Shown here piece after piece: positions 46,057 through 56,500 of a stretch of 64,000 bases of DNA; the first letter of the stretch is position 1, and the number at the start of each line of letters is the position of its first letter. The notes beneath the pieces were generated by a model. It did no database searches. It worked only from the letters and a program-made list of their open reading frames with translations, and had not been told where the DNA came from. A program made the translations under genes and the position numbers. Source of the stretch: Candidatus Brocadiia bacterium JP1 (GTDB lineage: Bacteria > Planctomycetota > Brocadiia > Brocadiales > Bathyanammoxibiaceae); NCBI GenBank assembly GCA_051388875.1, contig JBMFFR010000002.1:283940-347939 (forward strand), given 5' to 3'.

Positions 46057-47307
46057 TCAGGGCTTATAAAAAGCGTGGCAGGTCATGCATGACCCGGTGC
46101 CGGCAACATACGCACGCACTGTGAAGGCATTGCCACCTGCGGTAGTTTTGGTATAACCAGCCGCAAAGACCCTGCTCCCATCAGGGCTTACCGCCACTGC
46201 CATTGCTCCATCATGAAGGTTTCCTTCCCTGTCGTAGTGCTGTGTCCACAACACTGCCCCGTTAGAGGCATCATATGCACGCACTGTGAAGGCATTGCCA
46301 CCTGCGGTGGTTTGGGTATAACCAGCCGCAAAGACCCTGCTCCCATCAGGGCTTACTGCCACTGCCTTTGCCTCATCCCCCAGGGACCCTTGCCTGTCGT
46401 AGTGCTGTGTCCACAACACTGCCCCGTTAGAGGCACCATACGCCCTCACTGTGAAGGCATCGCCACCTGCGGTGGTTTGGGTATAACCAGCCGCAAAGAC
46501 CCTGCTCCCATCAGGGCTTACTGCCACTGCTTCTGCCACATCATTCTTATTTCCTTCCCTGTCGTAGTGCCTTCCCCATAACAGTGTCCCGTTAGAGGCA
46601 CCATACGCCCTCACTGTGAAGGCATCGCCACCTGCGGTGGTTTGGGTAAAACCAGCCGCAAAGACCCTGCTCCCATCAGGGCTTACTGCCACTGCCATTG
46701 CTCTATCATAAAGGGTTCCTTCCCTGTTGTAGTGCTGTGTCCACAACACTGTCCCGTTAGAGGCATTATATGCACGCACTGTGAAGGCACCACCTCCTTC
46801 GGCAGTTTGGGTCTGACCTACGGCAAAGACCCTGGTGCCGTCAGGGCTTACTGCCACTGCATGCGCATAATCATCCATGTTTCCTTCCCTGTTGTAGTGC
46901 TGTGTCCACAACACTGCCCCGTTAGAGGCATTATATGCACGCACTGTGAAGGCATCGCCACCTGCGCTGGTTTCGGTACTACCAGCCGCAAAGACCTTTG
47001 TCCCATCAGGGCTTACTGCCACTGCATACGCATAATCATACTTGTTTCCTTCCCTGTCGTAGTGCCTTGTCCACAACACCGTCCCGCTAGAGGCATTATA
47101 CGCCCTCACTGTGAAGGCACCACCTCCTTCGGCAGTTTGGGTCTGACCTACGGCAAAGACCCTGGTGCCGTCAGGGCTTACTGCCACTGCATGCGCATAA
47201 TCATTCTTGTTTCCATCCCTGTCATAGAAGTCTTCCCACCCGAAGACAGGGAGGACGGGAAAGTAGAGGAATAAGATTACCGAGATAATTAGTCTGTCCC
47301 ACTTCAT
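46057..47307 (-). CDS. Secreted beta-propeller repeat protein (SBBP-like), 7 tandem 55-aa repeats
   Basis: A signal/anchor sequence is followed by 7 units of A.AVAVSPDG.RVFA.G.T.T..GG.AFTVRAY.AS.G..LW..HY.REG. The 165-bp DNA repeats are highly similar. Confidence 0.8.
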   Translation of the reverse strand: MKWDRLIISVILFLYFPVLPVFGWEDFYDRDGNKNDYAHAVAVSPDGTRVFAVGQTQTAEGGGAFTVRAYNASSGTVLWTRHYDREGNKYDYAYAVAVSPDGTKVFAAGSTETSAGGDAFTVRAYNASNGAVLWTQHYNREGNMDDYAHAVAVSPDGTRVFAVGQTQTAEGGGAFTVRAYNASNGTVLWTQHYNREGTLYDRAMAVAVSPDGSRVFAAGFTQTTAGGDAFTVRAYGASNGTLLWGRHYDREGNKNDVAEAVAVSPDGSRVFAAGYTQTTAGGDAFTVRAYGASNGAVLWTQHYDRQGSLGDEAKAVAVSPDGSRVFAAGYTQTTAGGNAFTVRAYDASNGAVLWTQHYDREGNLHDGAMAVAVSPDGSRVFAAGYTKTTAGGNAFTVRAYVAGTGSCMTCHAFYKP

Positions 47308-47649
47308 GCTTCGCCCTCCTTACAGGTAATAGCCTGTGTTTCAAAGGATTTGTCGGTCGTCTCTGTCACAGCCAACCTTGAAGGACCTATGAGGTATTCT
47401 GGAAAAACCAACACATAAAACTACAAAGAATATTTTAAAAGTCAAACTTTTTTTGTGAATTTTGGATGGAGGGTTCTAAAAGACGTTTATTTCGGCAGGA
47501 CGGGATACCCGCCGCCACGCTCTTGAGGGGGATGGTAAGGTAGGGGTGACTCGCCTGCTCCAACTGTAGTTAATTTTTTCCCTCCCCACACCGCCCCTAC
47601 CCCTTCCTCTCCCCACCCGGGTAGAGGACTAAGGTGTGGGGGGCCTTCC

Positions 47650-47836
47650 TTTTCCCCCCTCTAAAAAGAGTAGATAAAGGGGTGTGTATTTTTATAGCGA
47701 AAGAGAATGTAGTCTATTAAGAATGTAGAATGTAGGGACAAATCCCCAGAGCCTGCCCTGATCCGCCTGAGGCGGAGAAGGGTCTGTCCATTGAGAACAT
47801 AGGAAATTCTGGACAGGTCTAAAGAGCTGTCCCTAC
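47650..47836. repeat. Family A and family C dispersed repeats
   Basis: CCCCTCTAAAAAGAG..AAAGGGGTGTGTA lies at 47657-47690. GTAGGGACA...TCCGCCTGAGGCGGA...CTGTCCCTAC lies at 47732-47836. These match 15201-15300. Confidence 0.75.
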
Positions 47837-47849
47837 ATTGCTTTGAACC

Positions 47850-48398
47850 TTAGGGTACAGGGCAGAGCCCTGCAACACTCAAAGACAGGCTTTTGGGATT
47901 TCCCTCTTTATCCAGCTTTTCTTCAAACACCCATTCAGCGCAGAGGCACTGGCCATCCTTGATATATACACACGTCTTAACGGGGTTAGAGACGCAGTCC
48001 TTAAGGTCTGCATACTTCAAGCTGAGGCGGAGCGCTCCCTTCTCGCAATCCACCTTGAGTGAATACCCGGGTATTTCCCATTTAGGTGACTTGGCTGAGA
48101 ATTTAGTCCCACTCTTGTTAGCCTTCAGACTGCCCCCGGGGATGACGATTACGTCACAGCCGTCAATCTGCACAACTATCTCCACTGGATTCCCCTTCAG
48201 TGCGTTACAGAAGGCCGTGTTTATGCACATCCTCAGAGAGGCTTTATCTTTGGGCTCAGTCGTGTTGTACTTGAATTTTATAGAGGATTTCCCTTCTGAG
48301 TAATTTGTCATGCAATTGGGTGCACCACAACAGTCATGGTCATTACAGTCCACCTGTCCATCCAGGTCATCGTCTATTCCGTTGTTGCAGTCCTCCAT
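47850..48398 (-). CDS. Cys-rich C-terminal portion of a split surface protein (see 48587-49747)
   Basis: CNNGIDDDLDGQVDCNDHDC is a C-x-D-G-x-DDD-type metal-binding-like motif. The frame is open upstream to 48638 and there encodes ..SDYSGLWVLKLRPDG, which completes the last repeat of the upstream ORF. Confidence 0.6.
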   Translation of the reverse strand: MEDCNNGIDDDLDGQVDCNDHDCCGAPNCMTNYSEGKSSIKFKYNTTEPKDKASLRMCINTAFCNALKGNPVEIVVQIDGCDVIVIPGGSLKANKSGTKFSAKSPKWEIPGYSLKVDCEKGALRLSLKYADLKDCVSNPVKTCVYIKDGQCLCAEWVFEEKLDKEGNPKSLSLSVAGLCPVP

Positions 48399-48586
48399 AC
48401 GACAGAGGAAGTATGGTAAAGCACCGGTATCCTGAACTGTTACCGCTGTGTCTTGCGGGACGGCATTGGTATCACTTACACTGGCACTGGTGTCCTGAAC
48501 GGTGGCATTAGTGTTTGGCCCGAGAAAGTTGGTATCCCTTGTAAAGGCATCACAGGAGGGGTTTATGTACCCATCTGGCCTTAGCT

Positions 48587-49747
48587 TTAATACCCATAAA
48601 CCAGAATAATCGGAACCCCCCCTGTCACTATGTACCCGCTATCACTAGTCTGCTGGATGGAACTAGCTAGCCCACTGCCCTCAGAACCACCGTAGCTCTT
48701 CTGCCACTGGACGTTACCACCAGAATCAAGCTTCAATACCCAGAAGTTAGCAGAATATATATTGAAGAAGGCGGTATACCCTGCCACTATGTAGCCCCCA
48801 TCAGTGGTCTGCTGGATGGAATGGGCATACTCATTACTAGTAGGACCCCCGTAGGCCTTCTGCCACTCTACGTTACCATCAGAGTCAAGCTTCAATACCC
48901 AGAAATCAGCTGGTCCACCGACACCGAAGGACTTGGACCCTGCCACTATGTAGCCCCCATCAGCGGTCTGCTGGATGGAATGGGCATTATCATAACTAGG
49001 ACCCCCGTAGGTCTTCTGCCACTGGACATTACCGTCTGAGTCCAGCTTCAATACCCACATATCATTATACCCATCACCGAAGGAGCCGGTACCCCCTGCC
49101 ACTACGTAGCCCCCATCAGTGGTCTGCTGGATGGAATTGGCAGACTCACCGCCAGAACCCCCGTATGCCTTCTGCCACTCCACGTTACCACCTGAATCAA
49201 GCTTCAATACCCAGAAGGCCCTCCCTCCAGCACCGAAGGAGGTGGTAGACCCTGCCAATATGTAGCCCCCATCACTGGTCTGCTGGATGGAACCGGCATA
49301 CTCGTGTCCAGAACCCCCGTAGGCCTTCTGCCACTCTACGTTGCCATCAGAGTCAAGCTTCAAAACCCAGAAATCATAAAACCCTGCACCGAAAGACCAG
49401 GTATACCCAGCCACTATGTACCCGCCATCCCTGGTCTGCTGGATGGACTCGGCAAATTCATAACCAGAACCCCCGTAGGTCTTCTGCCATTCCAGATTGC
49501 CACCTGAGTCAAGCTTCAATACCCAGATATCCCAAGCCCCGCTGCCGAAGGAGTAGGTATAACCTGCCACTATGTAGCCCCCGTCCGTGGTCTGCTGGAT
49601 GGAACTGGCATTAGCATAGCCAGAAACCCCGTAGGTGGCGGCCCACTGGGCATAAGAGGGAGGGGCAATAATCGTGCAAAGCAATAGGGAAAACAGCAGT
49701 AAGATTGAGACCTTGCTAGAGGTGGTTTTCATGTCCTTTGCCTCCAC
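48587..49747 (-). CDS. Secreted beta-propeller-type repeat protein, 7 tandem ~51-aa repeats; N-terminal portion of a gene split at a G7 tract
   Basis: A signal peptide is followed by 7 units of YGGSG.E.A.SIQQT.DGGYIVAG.T.SFG....DFWVLKLD..GNV.WQK. The seventh unit is cut by a frameshift at the homopolymer 48616-48622. Confidence 0.75.
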   Translation of the reverse strand: MEAKDMKTTSSKVSILLLFSLLLCTIIAPPSYAQWAATYGVSGYANASSIQQTTDGGYIVAGYTYSFGSGAWDIWVLKLDSGGNLEWQKTYGGSGYEFAESIQQTRDGGYIVAGYTWSFGAGFYDFWVLKLDSDGNVEWQKAYGGSGHEYAGSIQQTSDGGYILAGSTTSFGAGGRAFWVLKLDSGGNVEWQKAYGGSGGESANSIQQTTDGGYVVAGGTGSFGDGYNDMWVLKLDSDGNVQWQKTYGGPSYDNAHSIQQTADGGYIVAGSKSFGVGGPADFWVLKLDSDGNVEWQKAYGGPTSNEYAHSIQQTTDGGYIVAGYTAFFNIYSANFWVLKLDSGGNVQWQKSYGGSEGSGLASSIQQTSDSGYIVTGGVPIILVYGY

Positions 49748-49942
49748 AAAAGCCGTCCCCGTAAGACAGCTGGTGCGTGGTACAACCCTGCTAAACTAAA
49801 ACCATCCCCGTAAAAAAACTTGCAGATTTGCCCAATTCTCCTATTCCTGAAGGAAAAAGTCAATGGAAAAACCTTCTTGTGCGCCTGAAGTGTAATTTAT
49901 CTAAAGGTAATTACATGAGACAATCTATCTTGCCTCAAAATA

Positions 49943-49989
49943 CAGGATTCTTCGCTTCCCCTGCGCCTTTGGCTCACTGAGAATGACAA
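49943..49989. repeat. Family D dispersed repeat, third copy
   Basis: CAGGATTCTTCGCTTCCCCTGCGCCTTTGGCTCACTGAGAATGACAA matches 38311-38374. Confidence 0.8.
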
Positions 49990-50216
49990 ACAATGCCACA
50001 AATACTTTTGTAGAAGGCCCTTAAGAAATCATGGGCAGGGCTCATTCTTCCCTCTAAATCCCCCACTCCTCTCCTGATAGTGAGAGGATTGAGAGGCAGT
50101 ACACTAAGCTGGCTTATAGGTTAGGTGTAAGTGTGCTGGAGATAACGAAGACGGTCAAGGATGGTATTATAGACGTCTAGCTATTCTAAATGTGTATTTA
50201 TCTCAGAATCCGACGC

Positions 50217-50423
50217 TTATTCCTCTAAGTAGTCCTTAAGATTAAAGCCGGCATCCTTTAATATCTTCAGGAATAGTCCTTTTGGCAAATCCCCTGGGTG
50301 AATAGGTACAACTGTACGAAAACCAGCCCTTTTATTCTCTAAAACAAGATGTGAGCCTTTCTGCCTTTTCTTTATAAACCCTTTCCTCTTTAAGAATTTT
50401 ACTACCTCTTTTGCAGTAGGCAT
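50217..50423 (-). CDS. hicA: Type II toxin HicA (mRNA interferase)
   Basis: The 68-aa product has KEVVKFLKRKGF...QKGSHLVL, the HicA signature. It overlaps hicB by 1 nt. Confidence 0.88.
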   Translation of the reverse strand: MPTAKEVVKFLKRKGFIKKRQKGSHLVLENKRAGFRTVVPIHPGDLPKGLFLKILKDAGFNLKDYLEE

Positions 50424-50659
50424 TAATCCTCTACTGCAATTTCAATGGAATCAAGGCCCACCACCTTTGCAGTTGATTCAGGGACAGGCTCTCCCTCAGC
50501 TAGTATATCTTCAATATAAAGGGTTAGAGCTTGTGTAATATCTCTTTTTGCCTGAGAGGGCGTATTACCCAGGCCATAAACTCCGGGAAGGTCAGGAATG
50601 TAAGCCCAGTATTTTTTGCCTTCTTTTACTAATACTATCTGGTAAGAGTATGCGTGCAT
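50423..50659 (-). CDS. hicB: Type II antitoxin HicB (N-terminal domain type)
   Basis: The 78-aa product has YWAYIPDLPGVYGLGNTPSQAKRDITQAL, a HicB-like fold pattern. Confidence 0.85.
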   Translation of the reverse strand: MHAYSYQIVLVKEGKKYWAYIPDLPGVYGLGNTPSQAKRDITQALTLYIEDILAEGEPVPESTAKVVGLDSIEIAVED

Positions 50660-50803
50660 ACATATGTCCTTTTTGTAAGGTTAATACTATGCTTACCAGT
50701 TTTCAAACCTATTTTCAAGCTCTTTGCCTTCAATTCCAGGGCTACGAGTACAACGAGTTACTGAAATCGTCTAGGGGTGGAGGCTTAACCATGTAAGCAG
50801 GTC

Positions 50804-52051
50804 TCAGTATTCTACCCTCTTTACCCCGCTTGGATGCCAGGCAGGGGATATGACGCCTGGGCCTGTGGCAGGCTCCAGTAACATCCCCCTGGTAACAGTA
50901 AACTCCCCGTATCTGTCGTTAATGGAATCTATGGCATGGGTAAGTTCTCTTTTTCTCTGGTCTTTCTCAAATAGGGGCAGTTGCTCTACCTTGACTAGAT
51001 TACTCATGCTTACCCCTACCATCCTCACTGCTTGCTTTAACCTGAAAGACCTCAGTATGAACATCGCAACGTGGCATATCTCAAGTCCATCGTTCAAATA
51101 CTCCCTTATGGTTTTCTGCTTTGAGACGGTAAAGAAGTCTGAGTATCGTACGGTAAGGGTAACCGTCCTGCCCCGGTAGTGTCCATGTCTGAGTCTCCTT
51201 GCCACCATTTCAGAGAGTAGAAGGATGTAACGTTCAAGGGTCTCATGGTCGTAAATGTCTCTCTCTAAGGTCATGCTGTGGCCAACGGATTTGGCGTCTG
51301 GTTCTTGGCCTAGTGGTATTACAGGGCTATCATCAAGTCCCTGGGCCATAAGGTGAAGTCTCTCTCCTATTACGCCGAATCTATCCTTCAGGTCTCTTGG
51401 TGGAGTCCTTGCCAATTCTCCGCATGTCCTTATACCCATCTCTAAGAGGTGTTTTTCTAACTGTGCTCCTACACCTACCAGGTCTCCTACTGGTAGGTCT
51501 TCAAGGATAGCCTCTGCCTTCTGGTGGTCTTGTATTACCACAAGGCCATCGGGCTTTTGCATATCGCTTGCCAGCTTCGCCAGGAGCTTATTAGGGGCAA
51601 TGCCTATGGAGCAAGTGAGGCCAAAGAGTGCCTTAATCTGACGCTTTATCTCAGAGGCCATTAGCTTCGCTTCGCTCACTACACGGTTTATAGACCCGTG
51701 AAAGAGGTGGGCTGTGCCTGTTACGTCCAGGAAGGCTTCGTCCACTGAGTAAACTTCTACTAGTGGCGTGTACTGCTTATAGAGTTCAACAAGGCGGGTG
51801 CAGGTGTCAATATAGCGTGAGTTGTGGGCCTGGACAAATATAATCTCTGGACATAGCCTCTTTGCCTCTCCCCTGGTCATGCCTGTCTTTACTCCGTAGG
51901 CCCTGGCCTCGTAGGAGGCGGTGGTAATGATAGTCCTCTTTTGAGAGCCTGTAACGGCTATGGGTTTGCCCCTGAGCCTTGGATTTACCTGTTGCTCCAC
52001 AGAGGCGAAGAAGGCGTTCATGTCTATGTGCATAATCACTCTGTAAGGCAT
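50804..52051 (-). CDS. dinB: Y-family DNA polymerase IV
   Basis: It has IMHIDMNAFFASVEQ, SVDEAFLDVTG and the palm/fingers/little-finger order. Confidence 0.9.
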   Translation of the reverse strand: MPYRVIMHIDMNAFFASVEQQVNPRLRGKPIAVTGSQKRTIITTASYEARAYGVKTGMTRGEAKRLCPEIIFVQAHNSRYIDTCTRLVELYKQYTPLVEVYSVDEAFLDVTGTAHLFHGSINRVVSEAKLMASEIKRQIKALFGLTCSIGIAPNKLLAKLASDMQKPDGLVVIQDHQKAEAILEDLPVGDLVGVGAQLEKHLLEMGIRTCGELARTPPRDLKDRFGVIGERLHLMAQGLDDSPVIPLGQEPDAKSVGHSMTLERDIYDHETLERYILLLSEMVARRLRHGHYRGRTVTLTVRYSDFFTVSKQKTIREYLNDGLEICHVAMFILRSFRLKQAVRMVGVSMSNLVKVEQLPLFEKDQRKRELTHAIDSINDRYGEFTVTRGMLLEPATGPGVISPAWHPSGVKRVEY

Positions 52052-52053
52052 GA

Positions 52054-52305
52054 CTAACCCTCTATCTCCACCTGGGCAAGCTCCCAGACGCAGGATTCTG
52101 TATTGTAGCGTAGCTCATATAGGTTAGCCCCATCTGTAACAGAGAAATGGTATATTACAGCCCTACCCTGACGGCTAGTCCATGTGTAGGTTATGGACTG
52201 TATGCGGTGCTGTTTACCCTGCCACTTGAACCATACGGGCTTAATCTTCCTGCCATTTCCAAAGACTACACCCACCTTAACGGGCTCATTGATAGGGGTA
52301 ATCAT
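52054..52305 (-). CDS. Hypothetical 83-aa protein embedded between lexA and dinB
   Basis: There is a 4-nt gap after the lexA stop and a 2-nt gap before the dinB start. I recognise no family. Confidence 0.6.
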   Translation of the reverse strand: MITPINEPVKVGVVFGNGRKIKPVWFKWQGKQHRIQSITYTWTSRQGRAVIYHFSVTDGANLYELRYNTESCVWELAQVEIEG

Positions 52306-52309
52306 AATA

Positions 52310-52951
52310 CTACCCTCCTCTAAAGGGCTTTAAACTCCCCTCTATACGCCTGAGAACTGCTACCACTTTGCCTACTATGGAGACGTCAGACTGTCCTGCC
52401 TTAATCACCACAGGCTTATACTCAGGATTGGCAGGCTCAAGCCTTATCTCTCTGCCCTTTCTATAGAACCTCTTTACAGTGGCCTCACCATCCATGAGGG
52501 CTGCCACTATATCCCCATTTTCGGCAGTGGGCCTGGGTTTTACCACCACATAGTCTCCGTCCTTTATATGTGCCTCAATCATGCTGTCCCCTTCCACCTT
52601 TAAGAGGAAGTTATCGTCCCCGGAGGTGAAAGACCTATCCACTAAAACGTATCCCTGGACGTCCTCTATGGCTGGTTGTGGTGCACCTGCCTTGATGTGG
52701 CCTACCAGTGGAAGGGTAACTGACTGCCGTGACTTAAGAGAATCACAGAACTCAATGGCCCTGGCCTTGCCTGTCCTTTTTATGTAGCCTTTTTGCTCAA
52801 GGGCAGAGAGGCAGTTCTGTACGGCACTGTGGCTGGCTAGCCCAAGTCCGTCTTTTAGCTCTCTTATACTGGGCGGGTAGCCTTTCTCCCGGATATACTC
52901 CTTCAAGAAAGAAAAGACTCTTGATTGGACCTGGGTTAGGGATTCTCTCAT
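52310..52951 (-). CDS. lexA: LexA repressor (wHTH + S24 peptidase)
   Basis: It has GYPPSIRELKDGLGLASHSAVQNCLSALEQKGYIKR (wHTH), the cleavage region VGHIKAGAP, VEGDSM (Ser) and VGKV (Lys). The ATG at 52951 (MRESLTQ) gives the canonical N-terminus. Alternative starts are at 52969 and 52987. Confidence 0.9.
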   Translation of the reverse strand: MRESLTQVQSRVFSFLKEYIREKGYPPSIRELKDGLGLASHSAVQNCLSALEQKGYIKRTGKARAIEFCDSLKSRQSVTLPLVGHIKAGAPQPAIEDVQGYVLVDRSFTSGDDNFLLKVEGDSMIEAHIKDGDYVVVKPRPTAENGDIVAALMDGEATVKRFYRKGREIRLEPANPEYKPVVIKAGQSDVSIVGKVVAVLRRIEGSLKPFRGG

Positions 52952-52953
52952 AC

Positions 52954-52980
52954 GGTACAAATGTACCATATTATATAAGA
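52954..52980 (-). promoter_or_regulatory. Candidate LexA operator (GGTAC-N4-GTACC) overlapping the lexA promoter
   Basis: The minus strand reads TATAAT-ATG-GGTACATTTGTACC-GT-ATG. The inverted repeat lies at 52954-52967, immediately downstream of a consensus -10 and 2 nt upstream of the preferred start codon. Confidence 0.5.
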
Positions 52981-53596
52981 TTGTCAAGCGGTATTCTACG
53001 AGATAAAGTTTAGCAAGACGTGAGGTGGATTTTCATACCTCTGGCTATCATTTGATAACAGTGACATCATCAATGCCTGTTCACTGGGTGTTGGACGTGA
53101 ATTCACAGGCAGTTTACCCTAAACTCCAACTCCCAATATCGGCAGAAGTTCTTCGGTGGTTTGAGGAGGAGGATAGGCAGTCGGGAGTTTTATCTTGAAG
53201 ACGGTAACCAAATTAACCAATCAGGACAGGACGCTAAAAATAAAGTTAACCCACCCGCCTCAGGCGGGCTACCAGACCACAATAAAACTCTTCAAGATAA
53301 GACTCCTTTCCTACTACCTTACATTCCCACGGGAATTTCAGCCCCTTACACGCACAGCCATTTGAGGTATTCAGTGATAATATCTCGGAGAAAAACGAAG
53401 CAATAATGATCGGTCATACTAGATGGGTAGATGTAGATATAAACCAAAACGTAGTTCTGTCCACCCTAAACATCCTAAGAGTGTGGAAAATATCAGGTAT
53501 TTCTTCTTAGCTTTCAGAGAACAAAAACTTGCCCCTTGGGGAAAACCTTGCACACAGTCCTGTCTCCTGTTATAAATTATTCTTTAAGGCTATTGC

Positions 53597-56500
53597 ATGA
53601 AAAACATGGCTAATACCCCTCCTATCCGCGAAGGTCAGATACTTGAGGGAAGTCTTTTCCCTGAGCCCATGAGGGTAGAGACTGTTCGCCCAAATGGTCC
53701 GGATTCATGGGAAGTCGGCCTCGTCGGTTTAGAGACAGAACGCTTCCGAAAGGTTCCCCTTACGCTTGACCAGATAAAAACCCTCGTAATTCAGGAAATA
53801 AGCCAATCTTACAAAGGTGATGGAGATACTCTCAGGCTTGGTCTCCAGGCATATATGCTTGGAATTGCCTACGAGTTTGACCCCTACTTTGGACTTTCTA
53901 TATCTCGCGTAGACCCCCTGCCCCATCAGCTTGAGGCCGTCTATGACTACCTTCTTAAACTTGCAAGAATTCGTTTCCTGCTTGCAGATGACGCAGGTGC
54001 AGGCAAGACCATTATGGCCGGTCTAGTACTCCGTGAACTTAAACTCCGTGGCCTGGCCGAACGTATCCTGGTTGTTTGCCCCGCCAATCTAACCTTCCAG
54101 TGGCAACGTGAGTTAAAAGAAAAGTTTGATGAAAAATTCATCGTCCTTAAAGGTGATGACATACGAGACCAGTACGGTATCAACCAGTGGATGGAACAAA
54201 AACAAATTATAACCTCTCTGGACCTGGCAAAGAGGGACAAGATTCTACCCGGCCTTGGCCAATGTCATTGGCATTTAGTTGTTGTGGATGAGGCCCACAG
54301 GATGTCCTGGACGCCCCCCTCCCGGAAGACAGAACGCTACGCCCTGGGTGAACTCTTAAGAGAATCCTCAGACCATTTTTTACTCTTAACGGCCACACCC
54401 CACAAAGGAGACCCTGCAAATTTCAGCCTTTTCCTGCAATTATTAGACAAGGATGCTTATGCTAACGTACGCTCCATTCAAGAGGCAATGAACCGTCGTT
54501 ATGCCCCCTTTTACCTCAGACGCACAAAGGAGGCAATGGTATATTTCCCTGAGCGGCAGCCAGACGGTACCTGGGCGGCAACAAAAATATTCAAAAAACG
54601 TATCCCCCGCACAATTAATTTTTCAATAGATGACGCAGAGTTTAATTTATACAGGGATGTTACACGCTTCGTAAAACAGCAAAGTACGAAGGCCGCCGCA
54701 ATGGGGGACGACCCGCAAGCAAGGGCGGTAGGGTTCCTGATGTCCCTCTTTCAGCGCCGCCTTGCCTCCAGCACGTATGCATTGAGACATTCATTAGAAA
54801 ACCGTGCTGATCGCCTCGAAAATAGCTTACGTCAGGCCCGAGAGTTGGCCCAAGTGGCACCGCCCGAACTGCCCACCCCGGAAGAACTGGAAGAAATGGA
54901 AGAGGCAGAACGGGAACGGCTGGAAGAATTCATTGAAGCCGTTACAATTACCAGAGACCCACAACAGATACAGGAAGAAATTGAGACCCTCAATGAACTG
55001 GCAAAGCAGGCCAAAGAGGTAGAAAACTCATGTGTTGAGGAGAAACTCAGCCGACTCAAGCAACTTCTACAAGAAGAAGGCTTTTTTGACCACCCAAATA
55101 AGAGGCTACTGATTTTCACTGAATACAGAGATACACTCAGCTACTTAATAAAAAACCTTAAAGACTGGGGATTCAGAGTGGGATACATCCACGGCGGAAT
55201 GAAACCCGGTTCCCGTGATGAGCCAGGCTCTCGTATCTATTCAGAGCAACAGTTCAAAGATGGTGCATTTCAGGTGCTGGTGGCGACCGATGCGGCGGGG
55301 GAGGGTATTAACCTGCAGTGTTGCCATGTCCTTTTCAATTATGACATCCCATGGAACCCAAATAGATTAGAACAAAGGATGGGACGTATCCACCGCTACG
55401 GGCAAAACAAGGACTGCCTGATATTTAACTTCGTTGCCGCAAATACCATTGAGGGAAAAGTGTTACAAAAACTCCTTGAAAGACTTCAGGAGATACGGGA
55501 CGCCCTGGACGACGATTCGGTCTTTAACGTAGTCGGAGAAATCCTACCCGCCGTCCAAATGGAAACGGTACTACGTGACTACTACGCAGGTAAACTAGGA
55601 GATGCAGACCTTGAGGACCGTATTCTGCGTAATGTAAAAGAGGAAAGGTTCAGGGCAATTTGTCAAAACGCCCTTGAAGGTCTGGCTGCTAAGAAGTTAA
55701 ATCTTGAAATGCTAGTGGAACGCCGTGCAAAGGCACAGGAACGACGTGTAGTCCCAGAGACAATCGCCCGCTTCATGCGAGAATCTGCCCCCCTGGTTCC
55801 TTTCACACTGAAGCCTGTCCCATCCCTGCCCCACACCTTTGACCCTTCACCTACACCACAAATCCTCCGGCGCTACGAAAAAAGTCCAAACTGGAAGCTC
55901 CCAGCCCTTGCAACCAGATACCCGAGGCTTTCTGCTGACAGAGAAACCGCAGAAAACAACAACCTTGAATGGGTAACGCCCGGCCACGAACTCTTTGAGG
56001 CCCTGAGACAACATGCCCATGCAACTGCCCAGGAAGCCTTCACGCAGGGGGCTTGTTTTTATTCTCTGGAACATACCAAACCCTCCAAGCTTGATTTCTA
56101 CAAGGCACGCGTGGTGGATGGACTCGGGCATATTATCCATGAACAACTCTTCGCCATAGAGGTCTCTGAAGATGATGAGCCAAAACTCCGAGAACCTGGG
56201 TTCCTGGGGAACCTTCAACCTGCCAGAGCACCAGAGGTTTTACCTCAGGTTGTTAGTCTACCAGAACCCCGCTCCTGGTTACATGAACAGGCCCTGCAAC
56301 CCTTCCTTGAACAGGCCAGGAAGGAACGCCTGGAGGAAGTGGAGCGTATCAGCAGGCACATTGAACTCTCCCTTACTGAACTCATAGCCCGTGAGGATGC
56401 CCTTATCGGTAGATTTGCAGAGGAGGCCGAAAGAGGGGTGGAAGGTGCGGCAGGCCGTCTGAAGCAGGCAGAAGACCGCCAGGCAGAGTTACTGGATAGA

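Noticed and set aside
46213-47274. Plus-strand ORFs 46213-46581 and 46642-47274, and the tandem periodicity as a possible non-coding array
   Set aside because: They are antisense shadows of the 165-bp coding repeats of the minus-strand propeller gene. That gene has a signal peptide and a coherent 55-aa repeat.
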